A stretch of DNA of 64,000 nucleotides from Candidatus Falkowbacteria bacterium (GTDB lineage Bacteria > Patescibacteriota > Patescibacteriia > Patescibacteriales > UBA12465): NCBI GenBank assembly GCA_037134915.1, contig JBAXLJ010000003.1, forward strand, positions 81,084-145,083. The letters are read 5' to 3'. Below the pieces are notes generated by a model that was not told where the DNA came from, ran no database searches, and was given only the letters and a program-made list of their open reading frames with translations. The number at the start of each line of letters is the position of its first letter. Within the stretch, counting starts at the first letter, position 1. Position numbers and translations under genes: made by a program. Shown here piece by piece: positions 8,730-18,962 of the stretch.

Positions 8730-8764
8730 AAAAAAAGACCCAAGCAAATTGGGTCTTTCTTTTT
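8730..8764. terminator. Bidirectional intrinsic terminator
   Basis: AAAGACCCAA / TTGGGTCTTT with A and T runs on both sides, between convergent genes. Confidence 0.75.
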
Positions 8765-9785
8765 ATATTTTTTTCTTATAGTTTTTTTTAGCGGCTAACT
8801 GTCCGCAAGCGGCGTCGATACTGCTGCCATAGGAATGACGCGTGGTTACATTAACTTCGGCGTCACTTAAAATCTTTTTAAATTTAGCGACTCTCTCTTC
8901 GGTTGAGGCTTGGAAACGACCAGTAGGATTATAAGGAATTAAATTAACCATATACAGCGGCTTAGTCATTAGAGCTGCCAGTAATTTAGCGTCATTATCA
9001 CTATCATTAATATCTTTAATCATTAAATATTCAAACATCACTTTGCGTCCAGTTTTTCTAATATATTCATCGACAGCGGGCATTAATTTTTCCAGTGGAT
9101 ACTTGTTGGCAATCGGCATATAGCGGCGACGGGATAAATCGGTGGCAAAATGCAAGGAGACCGCTAAGTTAAGCTGTAATTTCTCACCGCCAATTTTAAT
9201 AATCCCTTCTGTTACCCCAGCAGTCGAAATCGATAAGCGACGGGATCCAAAATTAAAAGATTCCGGATCATTTAACCATTTTAGGGCTTTAATTACTTCC
9301 GGATAATTTAAAAAGGGCTCACCCATGCCCATAAAGACAATGTTATCTACTTTAGCGGCGCCACCCTCTTTTTTAAGCAAACGCATAAAAAACAAAACTT
9401 GCTCCACTATCTCATGAGCCATTAAGTTTCTGGTAAAACCCATTTGACCGGTAGCACAAAAAGCACAGGCGAGCGGGCAACCGACCTGAGAAGATACGCA
9501 GACAGTATTGCGGTTCCCCTTTTGACGAATTAAAACGGTTTCGATTTGAGCGCCGTCTTCTAAAGTTATTAGAGCTTTTTGAGTGGATTCTTTAGTTTCT
9601 GTTTTAGATAGTTCAGCGTTTATTAAAAGCGGACATTCTTGATTTAGTTTTTCCCGTAAAACCCGAGGTAAAACCGAAGCCTGTTCCCAATCTTCAATTA
9701 AATCAGTAAAAACCGCCTGGTCCAGTTGCTGGTGGCGAAATTTAGGTTCATTAATAATTACTTGGTGTAAATTAGATAAATTCAT
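8763..9785 (-). CDS. rlmN: 23S rRNA m2A2503 / tRNA radical SAM methyltransferase
   Basis: CVSSQVGCPLACAFC, MGMGEP, SLH and IDAACGQL. ATG at 9785 preferred over the upstream alternative start. Confidence 0.96.
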   Translation of the reverse strand: MNLSNLHQVIINEPKFRHQQLDQAVFTDLIEDWEQASVLPRVLREKLNQECPLLINAELSKTETKESTQKALITLEDGAQIETVLIRQKGNRNTVCVSSQVGCPLACAFCATGQMGFTRNLMAHEIVEQVLFFMRLLKKEGGAAKVDNIVFMGMGEPFLNYPEVIKALKWLNDPESFNFGSRRLSISTAGVTEGIIKIGGEKLQLNLAVSLHFATDLSRRRYMPIANKYPLEKLMPAVDEYIRKTGRKVMFEYLMIKDINDSDNDAKLLAALMTKPLYMVNLIPYNPTGRFQASTEERVAKFKKILSDAEVNVTTRHSYGSSIDAACGQLAAKKNYKKKI

Positions 9786-9806
9786 AGGTGAAGAGCCTAA
9801 CACGGA

Positions 9807-10910
9807 TTACTTTTTTCGTAAAGTGAGCACAACTATTTCCGAATTACTACCGCTTCGCATGGGTGGCCCCCAAGTCCCGACTCCAGCGGTCACTGATAAG
9901 GTGTAATCGTGGCGACGGTAGATTCCGTGACTATGATTATGATAAAAATAACGAGCTAAAAAATTAAACGGAAACATTTGTCCACCATGAGTGTGACCAG
10001 AGAGTTGCAGATCAATACCTACCCCTTCAGATTTAACCGTTTCTTTAGGTTCATGAAATAATAGAATTGACGGCTTAACGGCTGAATAACCAGTGTGAGC
10101 TAAGACAGCTCTTTTTAAATCAAAATTGCGATCAGGAGTAAAATCTAAACCAATAATCTGCAATCCTTCCCTTTCTACCATGCGGTTGCTTAGCACCGTT
10201 ATATTTTGCCCCTCAAGCAGACCCATTACCCTTTCCGCTCCTAGAATAAAATCATGATTACCCATCGAATAGTACAAACCTAAAGGGGCATTTAAATCAT
10301 TAAGAGGAGCTGTAACCCAAGAAAAATCAGACTCCGCGCCATCAAATAAATCACCAGTGATAAAAACGGCATCCGGATTAAGTTCCTTGACTTGTTTAAT
10401 TACTCGATGAAAAAAATCTTCCCGCAAAATCGGCCCCAAATGAATATCGGAAATATGAATAATTCTTTTATGTTCCCAAGTTGGCGGTAAATTCTTAATC
10501 CCCACTACGTATTTTTTTATTTTAATCTTATAAGCATTGTAAAAACTTCTAAGGGTTAAAAATATTGTACCCATTAGCAGTAAAGACCTAAAAATCCAAG
10601 CTGGCAACTCTACTCCAAAAATCTTAAACCCCCAAAAAACTAAACTAGATGCAATCGAAGCTAAACCGAAACTCAAAAGAATACCCATCCATGAAGCGGA
10701 AACTGTATAATAGATACGGCCCCACAAATTATCTCGTTTATGAACGAATACAAAAGAAAACAGCGTTGATAAAGCCAGGATGGCCACTAAAACAATCACG
10801 ATTAATTTGGCTAGCCAAGAATTTAAACCAAAAAAATGGATGATCAAATAACTAACCAAGGTATTGCCAGTCAAGAGAATAAATAAAGTAAGATAAAAAT
10901 ACATGTCCAT
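9807..10910 (-). CDS. Membrane metallophosphoesterase (YkuE/YaeI-like)
   Basis: N-terminal TM helices; SDIH, GDLFD, GNHD and SGHTHGGQ. Confidence 0.9.
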   Translation of the reverse strand: MDMYFYLTLFILLTGNTLVSYLIIHFFGLNSWLAKLIVIVLVAILALSTLFSFVFVHKRDNLWGRIYYTVSASWMGILLSFGLASIASSLVFWGFKIFGVELPAWIFRSLLLMGTIFLTLRSFYNAYKIKIKKYVVGIKNLPPTWEHKRIIHISDIHLGPILREDFFHRVIKQVKELNPDAVFITGDLFDGAESDFSWVTAPLNDLNAPLGLYYSMGNHDFILGAERVMGLLEGQNITVLSNRMVEREGLQIIGLDFTPDRNFDLKRAVLAHTGYSAVKPSILLFHEPKETVKSEGVGIDLQLSGHTHGGQMFPFNFLARYFYHNHSHGIYRRHDYTLSVTAGVGTWGPPMRSGSNSEIVVLTLRKK

Positions 10911-10955
10911 ATGACGAAGAAATGAGCTGAAAAATCAGCTCATTTTTTAAACCTT

Positions 10956-12245
10956 TTATTTAGTCAGAAAAGGAAACTGAGCGTATTCCGACTTACCATC
11001 GAGTTCAGCCTCAATCGCCATTAATCTGTTGTATTTAGCCGTTCGCTCACTTCTTGCTGGGGCCCCCGTCTTAATTTGTCCGGTGCCCATCGCCACCACT
11101 AAATCAGCAATGAAGGCATCTTCAGTTTCTCCGCTGCGATGAGACACCACGGCGGTCATGTTATTTTTTCTAGCTTCATTAATCGCGGCCACCGTTTCTG
11201 TTAATGTACCGATCTGATTTAATTTTATTAAAATTGAATTGGTCGTTTTTTCAGTAATCCCCCGGGCTAAGCGCTTAACGTTGGTGACATATAAATCATC
11301 ACCCACAACTTGAACCTCGCGATTAAAAGCGTCTGTAAAATTCTTAAAGCCGGTCCAATCATCTTCAGCGAGCACATCTTCAAAAGATCTAATTGGATGA
11401 CGTTCGGCTAAATCTTTGTAAAAAGCAATCAATTCATCGCTGCTTAAGATCTTATTTTCTTTCTTTAAATGATAGGCGCCATCAGTGAAAAATTCAGTCG
11501 CAGCGGAATCAATGCCAAAAACAATGTCTTCGCCTAAAGTATAGCCGGCAGCTACCACCGCCTCGGACAACAAATGAAAAGTTTCTTCATTAGATTTTAC
11601 AGCTGGAGCAAAGCCACCTTCATCGCCGACAGTGATACCATAACCCTTATCTTTCAAAACTTTTTTAAGGGTTTGATAAATTTCAGCACACATTCTAACG
11701 GCACCAGTAATCGATTTAGCACCAACCGGCAAAATCATATACTCCTGAATATCGGTGGCCCAATTAGCGTGCTTGCCGCCGTTTAAAACATTCATCATTG
11801 GCACTGGCATTTGATAAGTACCGTTAAATTCTGGATTAAATTTGGAAAGATATTGGTATAGGGGTTGACTTAAACCAGCCGCTGCTGCCCGAGCGACCGC
11901 CAAGGAAACACCCAAGATAGCATTAGCGCCTAAGACTGCCTTATTCTCCGTACCATCTAACGCAATCATCACTTCATCAATCGCTAATTGATCCGTTGCC
12001 TCAAGTCCAATCAAAGCGGGGGCGATTTTAGTTTCGATATTTAAAATTGCTTGGGCGACGCCATTACCACCATAAACCCCCTTATCGCCATCACGAAGCT
12101 CAACTGCTTCATAGCTGCCAGTAGAAGCGCCGCTTGGCACCGCCGCCCAGCCAGAAACACCATTATCTAAAGTAACAGTAGCTGATAAAGTCGGAGTACC
12201 CCGAGAATCCAGAATCTGTAAGGCTTTAATAGTTTTTATTTTCAT
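10956..12245 (-). CDS. eno: Enolase
   Basis: DSRGTPT, VPSGASTG, GDEGGFAP, LIKLNQIG and SHRSGETED. Confidence 0.98.
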   Translation of the reverse strand: MKIKTIKALQILDSRGTPTLSATVTLDNGVSGWAAVPSGASTGSYEAVELRDGDKGVYGGNGVAQAILNIETKIAPALIGLEATDQLAIDEVMIALDGTENKAVLGANAILGVSLAVARAAAAGLSQPLYQYLSKFNPEFNGTYQMPVPMMNVLNGGKHANWATDIQEYMILPVGAKSITGAVRMCAEIYQTLKKVLKDKGYGITVGDEGGFAPAVKSNEETFHLLSEAVVAAGYTLGEDIVFGIDSAATEFFTDGAYHLKKENKILSSDELIAFYKDLAERHPIRSFEDVLAEDDWTGFKNFTDAFNREVQVVGDDLYVTNVKRLARGITEKTTNSILIKLNQIGTLTETVAAINEARKNNMTAVVSHRSGETEDAFIADLVVAMGTGQIKTGAPARSERTAKYNRLMAIEAELDGKSEYAQFPFLTK

Positions 12246-12294
12246 AATTTTATTTAATTAGTATTACGTTTAGAATTTATTTTTCTTCAAAACA

Positions 12295-13323
12295 TTAGTC
12301 AGTGATATAGGTCTTATAAATATTTTCTTCCGTACAAGCAATAACTTTTTTAAGCAGTTTAACTGCCTCTAAAGAGTAGTCGCCCACTGTTGTTTCATCA
12401 GATAGCATCACCATATCCGCTCCGTCAAAAACCGCATTGGCAATATCACTCACTTCGGCTCTTGTCGGATGAGGATTTTTAATCATGGAAGTCATAACTT
12501 GGGTGGCTAAGATAGTCGGCTTATTATGCCAGTGAGAGTGTCTGATTAAATTCTTCTGAATGATCGGCAGTTCTTCGATCGGAACCTCGATACCTAAATC
12601 ACCACGAGCCACCATAATAACATCCGAAGCCATGATAATTTTATCAATATTTTTTAAAGCAATCCCCCGCTCAATTTTAGAAATTATTTTAACCTTACTC
12701 TTCTTGCCGAGTAGAGTTCGAAGACGAGTGACGTCAGCAGCTGTTTGAACAAAAGATAGAGCCACGTAATCCATGCCCGCCTTTAAACCAAATTTTAAAT
12801 CCTTAATATCTTTAGACGTGAGTCCGCCTTTTTGCATATTAGTATCAGGAACATTAATCCCTTTATTGGAGCTTAGGACACCGCCGTTAATTACTTTAGC
12901 GGTAATAATTTTATTCTTCACTTCACTAACCATCAGCTCAATCGCGCCATTACATAGAAATAAAGGATGATTCTTTTTTATATCCTTATATAAGTCATTG
13001 TTATCAATCGGGATAATACCGCCTTTTTTGTAAGGTAATTTTGAATAGGTAAATTGATAAATTTCGTCAACGTGCAAAGTAATTCCACCCTCGGGAAATT
13101 TACCAACTCTGATTCTAGGACCCTGAAGATCTAACATCAGCGAGACTTTACGCTCGCTCGTTTTATTAAAATCATCAATTATTTTTTTAATTCTCTTATA
13201 TTGATCATAGGTCGCATGAGAAAAATTAACTCGTACCATGTCAACACCATTTTTCATGAGAGCGGTTAACGCTTCGTCTGACTCTGATTTAGGGCCAACA
13301 GTGGCCACGATTTTTGTGTTCAT
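12295..13323 (-). CDS. pyk: Pyruvate kinase (short form, no C domain)
   Basis: TKIVATVGP, RVNFSH, DLQGP, KIE, MVARGDLG, PTRAEVSD and MLSDET. Confidence 0.95.
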   Translation of the reverse strand: MNTKIVATVGPKSESDEALTALMKNGVDMVRVNFSHATYDQYKRIKKIIDDFNKTSERKVSLMLDLQGPRIRVGKFPEGGITLHVDEIYQFTYSKLPYKKGGIIPIDNNDLYKDIKKNHPLFLCNGAIELMVSEVKNKIITAKVINGGVLSSNKGINVPDTNMQKGGLTSKDIKDLKFGLKAGMDYVALSFVQTAADVTRLRTLLGKKSKVKIISKIERGIALKNIDKIIMASDVIMVARGDLGIEVPIEELPIIQKNLIRHSHWHNKPTILATQVMTSMIKNPHPTRAEVSDIANAVFDGADMVMLSDETTVGDYSLEAVKLLKKVIACTEENIYKTYITD

Positions 13324-13389
13324 AATTATATCTTAAAAAATAAATAAGCAGCTTATAGTATAAAGGAAATATCCAGTTTTGCCAAGATT

Positions 13390-14541
13390 TTACTTAATTT
13401 TTTTTAAACTCTCCATTAAATCAGCAAAAAACTCTAAATTATTAAGACTGGCTAATTTTTGCCCTAGAGGCTCATTAACCTTAAATAAATGATGCAAGTA
13501 GGCCTTAGTGTGGTTTCTTAGTTCCGGAATCTTACTTTTAGCGTTAATCGGGGAAAAATCAGCCGTGAATTCAGCGTTGCTAATATTTAAAGTCGTGTAA
13601 AATTCCGGGGCTTCGGTAATTGGCTGATTTAAATCTTTTGGTTTTTTAAAACCTTTGAATTTTGGGGTAAAATTAAATAGCCGACCATGGCGGCCTTCGC
13701 GAGTCGGAATCACACAATCAAACATATCCCAACCCATCATATAAGAACGGTAGATATCATCCGGCGTCCCCACCCCTAAAGCAAAACGAATCGCTTCTTG
13801 AGGTATATAAGAAGCTGTTTTAAACATCACTTCCGCTAAAAAATTACCGTCTTTATCAATCGGCCGAGCGCCGAAGCCGTAACCATCAAAACCAATTAGC
13901 GCCAGCTTTCGGGCACATTTTTCCCTTAAATCTAATTCCGCACCGCCCTGAACCACACAAAATAGCAGCGGTCGTTTAGCCCCTGAGAGTTTTCGAGTTT
14001 TGATTTGTTTTAAATATTCCAGTTTGCAACGCTTAGCCCAGTCAATTGTCCGATTAACCGCTCTTTCTAAATCAAGACGAGAAAATTCATTCGGTGGACA
14101 ATCATCTAAACAAACCATCATATCGACACCTAAATCAAATTGAATTTGAATCGAGCGCTCCGGAGTCAGCTCATGACGCGAACCATCAATGGGCGATTTA
14201 AAAATAACCCGATCATCATTAATAGAACCCATGTTTGAGCTGCGATGAATTAGAGAAAAAACTTGAAAACCACCGCTATCAGATAGCAGCGGGCGTGAGC
14301 AATCCATAAATTTATGAATGCCTTTGGTTTTTTTTATTAAATCTGGTCCGGGCTGCAAATACAAATGAAAGGTATTTACCACCATCGCTGGCGTTTTAGT
14401 GCTCTTTAACTCTTCCTCGGTTAGTAATTTGACAAAACCGCGAGTCGCGTCGGGCATAAAAAAGGGCGTAGCCAAATTTCCGTGAGCCGTCTTAATCTCA
14501 CCGCGACGTAGCCCGTTTTTGCTATCATCAATTTTAAACAT
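13390..14541 (-). CDS. tgt: tRNA-guanine transglycosylase
   Basis: TPFFMP, NTFHL, DSGGFQ, VVQGG, GVG, DMFDCVIPTR and AYLHHL. Confidence 0.93.
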   Translation of the reverse strand: MFKIDDSKNGLRRGEIKTAHGNLATPFFMPDATRGFVKLLTEEELKSTKTPAMVVNTFHLYLQPGPDLIKKTKGIHKFMDCSRPLLSDSGGFQVFSLIHRSSNMGSINDDRVIFKSPIDGSRHELTPERSIQIQFDLGVDMMVCLDDCPPNEFSRLDLERAVNRTIDWAKRCKLEYLKQIKTRKLSGAKRPLLFCVVQGGAELDLREKCARKLALIGFDGYGFGARPIDKDGNFLAEVMFKTASYIPQEAIRFALGVGTPDDIYRSYMMGWDMFDCVIPTREGRHGRLFNFTPKFKGFKKPKDLNQPITEAPEFYTTLNISNAEFTADFSPINAKSKIPELRNHTKAYLHHLFKVNEPLGQKLASLNNLEFFADLMESLKKIK

Positions 14542-14546
14542 AATGA

Positions 14547-16547
14547 TTATTGAACCAAACCTGAATTATTTAAATTAGCGATGTCGTCATCTTCCAATTT
14601 AGTGGTTTTTGAATTAGTGGTTTTATTAAGAGGCGACTTAGTGTCAGAATCAACGGCACTTACAGTTGACCCCGAAAGCAAGACTAGTAAACTATTACGT
14701 TGATTTTCTAAAGGCGTCAGACTGATATTGAAATCGGCTTTAGCCTGATAAACAGAAACTGGTAGAGAGCCGATATTCCAAATAACTGAATGACTGGCCT
14801 CATCAAAACTTAAGTTACCCACGGAAACATTACTCTTATTATCATAGGAAATATAATCCGGCAGCTTGGTAATAACTCTTACGTCTTGCAAGGCATGTAA
14901 ATTATTCTCCAGCGTCCAATAAACTTTTACGCTAGTCTTTTGGCCAACCTTGGGCGGCAGTGGTCCTGAACCAACCGGCGTATTATTTTCATCAAAATAT
15001 AAAACTTTTTCCTGAAGATTTAAGTCACTATTAATCTTGGTAATAATATTGTTACTCTTGCTATCACTCAAACCTCCTTGACGATTATTAACATTAAATT
15101 GGCCATAACTTTGAACCGTAAAACTCTTACCTAAATCACTGCTATTATAGGGTCGGATACCGATTGAGAAATCAATTGTGCCTTCTTCGCCAGGGGCTAA
15201 ATTAGCTAGATCAGGAATTTGTTCTTTGGTCCAAGTAATTGTATTTTCTCCTTGTTGCCCCTTCTTAACATCTTTAAGACTGGACCAATCTAAGAAATCT
15301 CCTTTAAGCACTGCCATAATAGCCACGTTGCTTAAGGGGCCGTCACTTTTATTAGCATAAGTTAAAGTATAATTCAAAGTATCAGAAAAATTAGCCGTAT
15401 TATCGTTTTTACTGCCGTTTAAAATCAAAGTCAAATTTAAATTACTGTTCATCACATTAAGGTCAATCGTTTTCTCGGCAAAAACATAGGACTTCCCATT
15501 ATCTAATTTTTTACTTAATCTGATGATAATTGTTTGATTATCATCAACCTTCTTTTTAACTTTGTAATAAACCGGTAAAATATAATTTTTATCACTCGGC
15601 GTTAGTCCATAAGACCGCCAAATCAAATCGCTAGTTTTGTCGGTGGCTAATTTTAGTTCTGAAGACGTCGCTAAAGCCGTCACGGTCGATGAGGCGTTAA
15701 CTGGCGTCGGAGCGTTAATTAGAATAATGTTTTCCGGAAACATAAATGAAACTTCAAAATCGTCCAGAAAGTTGCTCTTTACATTGGAAAAATTCAAATC
15801 AATCTCATTACTATCACCAACTAAAGCGGCGTTAGCATATTCAAAGTTCAAATCAAAACCTAAATCATTAACTAAAACTGAAGCGACAGCCTCCTTTTTA
15901 AATTCTGTAGAAAATTCGCCTGGTTGATAGCTTAAGTCAGCGCTAAGTAAATTAGCGGTGTCTTTCTTAGAAATTATTTTACCCTTAACCACCACATTAG
16001 CCTCTCCTCCAGGATTAAGAGATGGTAAAGAAAAATAATTTTCTACCGTGCCGGTTGAAGCCGGGACTAAGCCATCGCCCGTCACTTCACTGACAATAAA
16101 ATTATCAGGATATTTAAGTTCTAGCCGTAAAGCATTTAAACTGAGCTTGCTGCGGTTTTTATAATGAACTATATAGCTAAAATCTTCCCCGGCTTTTATT
16201 TGCTCCGGAGCACTAATAGCTAAATCAATTGAAGCTGAGTCCAAGGATTTATTAGAAAAATAGGAGTAGAAACCGTAGCCTAGAACTATTAAGACCGCCA
16301 AAACAAACAGCCTTTTAATCATGGCTACTAAAAAAGAACTTTTTTCATGATGCAAATGAGAAACGTCAACCATTTTACCTTTTTTATCCAGATAAATTTC
16401 GGACAAATTATCATCAATCTCTTCTTGACGAGCTTCTCGCTTAACTGCTCGTTCAAAAATCTCCACTTGTTTCTCGCTAGGCACCGGGCGCTGGATAAAG
16501 ATTGGCTTATTGCCCTTTTTAAGTTTGCGATTAGAATCAGAGATCAT
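14547..16547 (-). CDS. Membrane-anchored protein with tandem Ig-like (DUF11/CARDB-like) domains
   Basis: Single TM helix, then repeated YxxxYxN..L.NV beta-sandwich motifs and GPLPPKVG. Confidence 0.6.
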   Translation of the reverse strand: MISDSNRKLKKGNKPIFIQRPVPSEKQVEIFERAVKREARQEEIDDNLSEIYLDKKGKMVDVSHLHHEKSSFLVAMIKRLFVLAVLIVLGYGFYSYFSNKSLDSASIDLAISAPEQIKAGEDFSYIVHYKNRSKLSLNALRLELKYPDNFIVSEVTGDGLVPASTGTVENYFSLPSLNPGGEANVVVKGKIISKKDTANLLSADLSYQPGEFSTEFKKEAVASVLVNDLGFDLNFEYANAALVGDSNEIDLNFSNVKSNFLDDFEVSFMFPENIILINAPTPVNASSTVTALATSSELKLATDKTSDLIWRSYGLTPSDKNYILPVYYKVKKKVDDNQTIIIRLSKKLDNGKSYVFAEKTIDLNVMNSNLNLTLILNGSKNDNTANFSDTLNYTLTYANKSDGPLSNVAIMAVLKGDFLDWSSLKDVKKGQQGENTITWTKEQIPDLANLAPGEEGTIDFSIGIRPYNSSDLGKSFTVQSYGQFNVNNRQGGLSDSKSNNIITKINSDLNLQEKVLYFDENNTPVGSGPLPPKVGQKTSVKVYWTLENNLHALQDVRVITKLPDYISYDNKSNVSVGNLSFDEASHSVIWNIGSLPVSVYQAKADFNISLTPLENQRNSLLVLLSGSTVSAVDSDTKSPLNKTTNSKTTKLEDDDIANLNNSGLVQ

Positions 16548-16559
16548 AAAATTAAAAAA

Positions 16560-18962
16560 TTATTTATTAGAAACCAAGGCCGAATAAAAGTTATCCCGAG
16601 TCAGTGGCAAACCAAGACTTAAGCTATTTAGATATTTATCATCGGAGTTCCAGACAATACTAGCTGAAGGTGGTAGGTTTAAGTTTGTTCTGAAGGTTTC
16701 GTTTTCAGCTCCCGGCTGTTTTTGCACCGACAATAAATAAGGATAAATATTTTGGCTTAAGGGATTTAAAAAATCATTTAAACGACTTAAGAAATCATTT
16801 TTTTTCTCCTTCTTCCACAGATTAAAAGGTAATTTGTAACGTAAGGCAACGGTCATGCTACTGCCAGGGTCAAGCATTAACCAGTTAGCAAAAACCGTTT
16901 TGCCATTCTCTTGATATATTTTAGTCCCACTATTTTTATCCACCGTCGCTAAATCTTCGGTCTGGGATAAAAATTCATTATTAATCCATGACGGATCAGG
17001 ACTCTCAAAATATTTAAGATCCGGGGACACAAAACCAGAAGCCGACAAAAGTTCGCTACCCTGAGGCACGTAGACCCTTAACCAATCAACATTGCGAACA
17101 CCGACGAGTGGCGTATTTTTAGCGGCTGTATGAGTCCTGGTAATAAGCACTGTGTCAATTATCGAACCATCGCTCGAAACTGTCACCTGATGATTAATTG
17201 ACTCTTTAATCACTCGATCGGTTTTAGCTCCAGCGATATTAGTGTTTACGACCATCAGATAATCCAGTGGCGAATCAGTCATCACGCCACCCCAATTATG
17301 GTCCGCGACATTTTTCTCTAATTTAGCATCTTTAAAATAAAACATTATCTGTTTTGAAGCTAAGCTATCCTCGGAAATATTTAGTAATTTAATTAAATTA
17401 TCTTTATCTAATTTCTTTGGCAGAATCTCTAAAATTTTTGACATCAAATCACCAATAATTTTTTTGGGTTTATTCTTTTCACCTTGAGGCAAATGACTCA
17501 CGGCTTCAGGATTACTTTTAGTCAAATTATCCCTTTCAGCTGTTAGCTCGACTTGCTGCCAAAAATTATCAGCGGTAATAACTAAACCATAATCTTTAGT
17601 CATATCAATCGGCCCGGTAATGACTAACAATTTTTCAATCACACTTGGAGTAAATGAAATCACCCCATCAACTGAAGGTCCATCGCTTTTTTCATAAAAC
17701 CACATTAAGTTTTTAGCAGTGGTGGGCCAATCTGGCCACCAATTAGCATCCCAGAAATGCCATTGCGGATTAACTAACCATAAAGGAGCTGGGGCTTTAA
17801 TTTTTTCTGTTAATCCCGCTTCAGTATCATATGATCCACCGCCCGGCACTTCTAAATTGCGGATTTTGCCCTCCCGAAAATCAACCAAAGCATAGCTGCC
17901 CAAGAAACCACCAGAGCCCCTCATTTCCGCATTGTTTTGAAAAACCAGCAAATATCTTTTATCGCGTCCGGCGCCTAAAAAAGTTTTAAGTTCGTCAATA
18001 TTATCAACTACCAGCGATAGATTTTCTGGTAATTTCTCCACCTTAGCCGACAGCTCTTTAAATTTATCTTGATATTCTGCTGGTAAATTATCAATATTAA
18101 TTTTTTGCAGCTCCATCTTCAGGTCAGTCGCATCAGTTAAGGCCAGATGACTATGAATCGAAAAATCGTCTAAAACTTTTATCCAATCACTATTTTGATT
18201 ATTATTTAAACCGGATAAAGCTTGTGACATTTCACTGCCCAAACTCGAACCTAAAATTCCGATTCTTAAAAATTTCTTGCTCTCGGCGGCTAATTTCAAT
18301 TTGGGGTCAGAAGACAAGGAGGCTAGAGATAAAAGCGTATCATTGATAAAAGACATGTCTTCGCTGGCTTGTAAAAAATCAGCCCCCGCGCTAGCAAAAT
18401 GATTCTGAGCTGAAAATAAATCAAATTTAGAAGCAGCATCACCAGCCGAACTTAAATCGGAAATAGCCGATTTAGAACTTAACATTATTTTTTTTTCTAA
18501 ACTAGTTAGGTTGAAAACTTGCAACGAGGCGATGATTTTAAAAGGAATGACCAGTAACAATAAAACTAAAAAAAAGGAAAATAAAGACCGATACCAACTA
18601 AATTGCCAAAAATCAGCCATGATTATTGGTTTTTTTGGCTGTCCCAAAAATTTTTGCCGTCTTACTTTTTTGAGTTTTTTTTCACCATCGGCTAGTAGCC
18701 GGTCAAATTTATAATGCTGATTTTGAAGCGTTTTCCAAATAACTTTTTCTAAAGTATAAATTGGCTTAACAATAACTCTTTCTTGGTTCTTAACCTTTTT
18801 TTTAATAATGACTATTTTTTGGCGCCATTCTTTTTTTATCTTCCTTTTTTGAGCTGAATAGAATTCAAAACCATCAAGACCATCCAAAAAATTAGGTGAT
18901 AAACCTATTTTTTGAAAATCATTATCCAAGTTATGATCGGATTTTTTATCTCTATTAAACAT
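16560..18962 (-). CDS. DUF4012-domain membrane protein
   Basis: TM helix; RYLLVFQNNAEMRGSGGFLGS, DANWWPDWP, DGVI and WLRVYVP. Confidence 0.8.
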   Translation of the reverse strand: MFNRDKKSDHNLDNDFQKIGLSPNFLDGLDGFEFYSAQKRKIKKEWRQKIVIIKKKVKNQERVIVKPIYTLEKVIWKTLQNQHYKFDRLLADGEKKLKKVRRQKFLGQPKKPIIMADFWQFSWYRSLFSFFLVLLLLVIPFKIIASLQVFNLTSLEKKIMLSSKSAISDLSSAGDAASKFDLFSAQNHFASAGADFLQASEDMSFINDTLLSLASLSSDPKLKLAAESKKFLRIGILGSSLGSEMSQALSGLNNNQNSDWIKVLDDFSIHSHLALTDATDLKMELQKINIDNLPAEYQDKFKELSAKVEKLPENLSLVVDNIDELKTFLGAGRDKRYLLVFQNNAEMRGSGGFLGSYALVDFREGKIRNLEVPGGGSYDTEAGLTEKIKAPAPLWLVNPQWHFWDANWWPDWPTTAKNLMWFYEKSDGPSVDGVISFTPSVIEKLLVITGPIDMTKDYGLVITADNFWQQVELTAERDNLTKSNPEAVSHLPQGEKNKPKKIIGDLMSKILEILPKKLDKDNLIKLLNISEDSLASKQIMFYFKDAKLEKNVADHNWGGVMTDSPLDYLMVVNTNIAGAKTDRVIKESINHQVTVSSDGSIIDTVLITRTHTAAKNTPLVGVRNVDWLRVYVPQGSELLSASGFVSPDLKYFESPDPSWINNEFLSQTEDLATVDKNSGTKIYQENGKTVFANWLMLDPGSSMTVALRYKLPFNLWKKEKKNDFLSRLNDFLNPLSQNIYPYLLSVQKQPGAENETFRTNLNLPPSASIVWNSDDKYLNSLSLGLPLTRDNFYSALVSNK

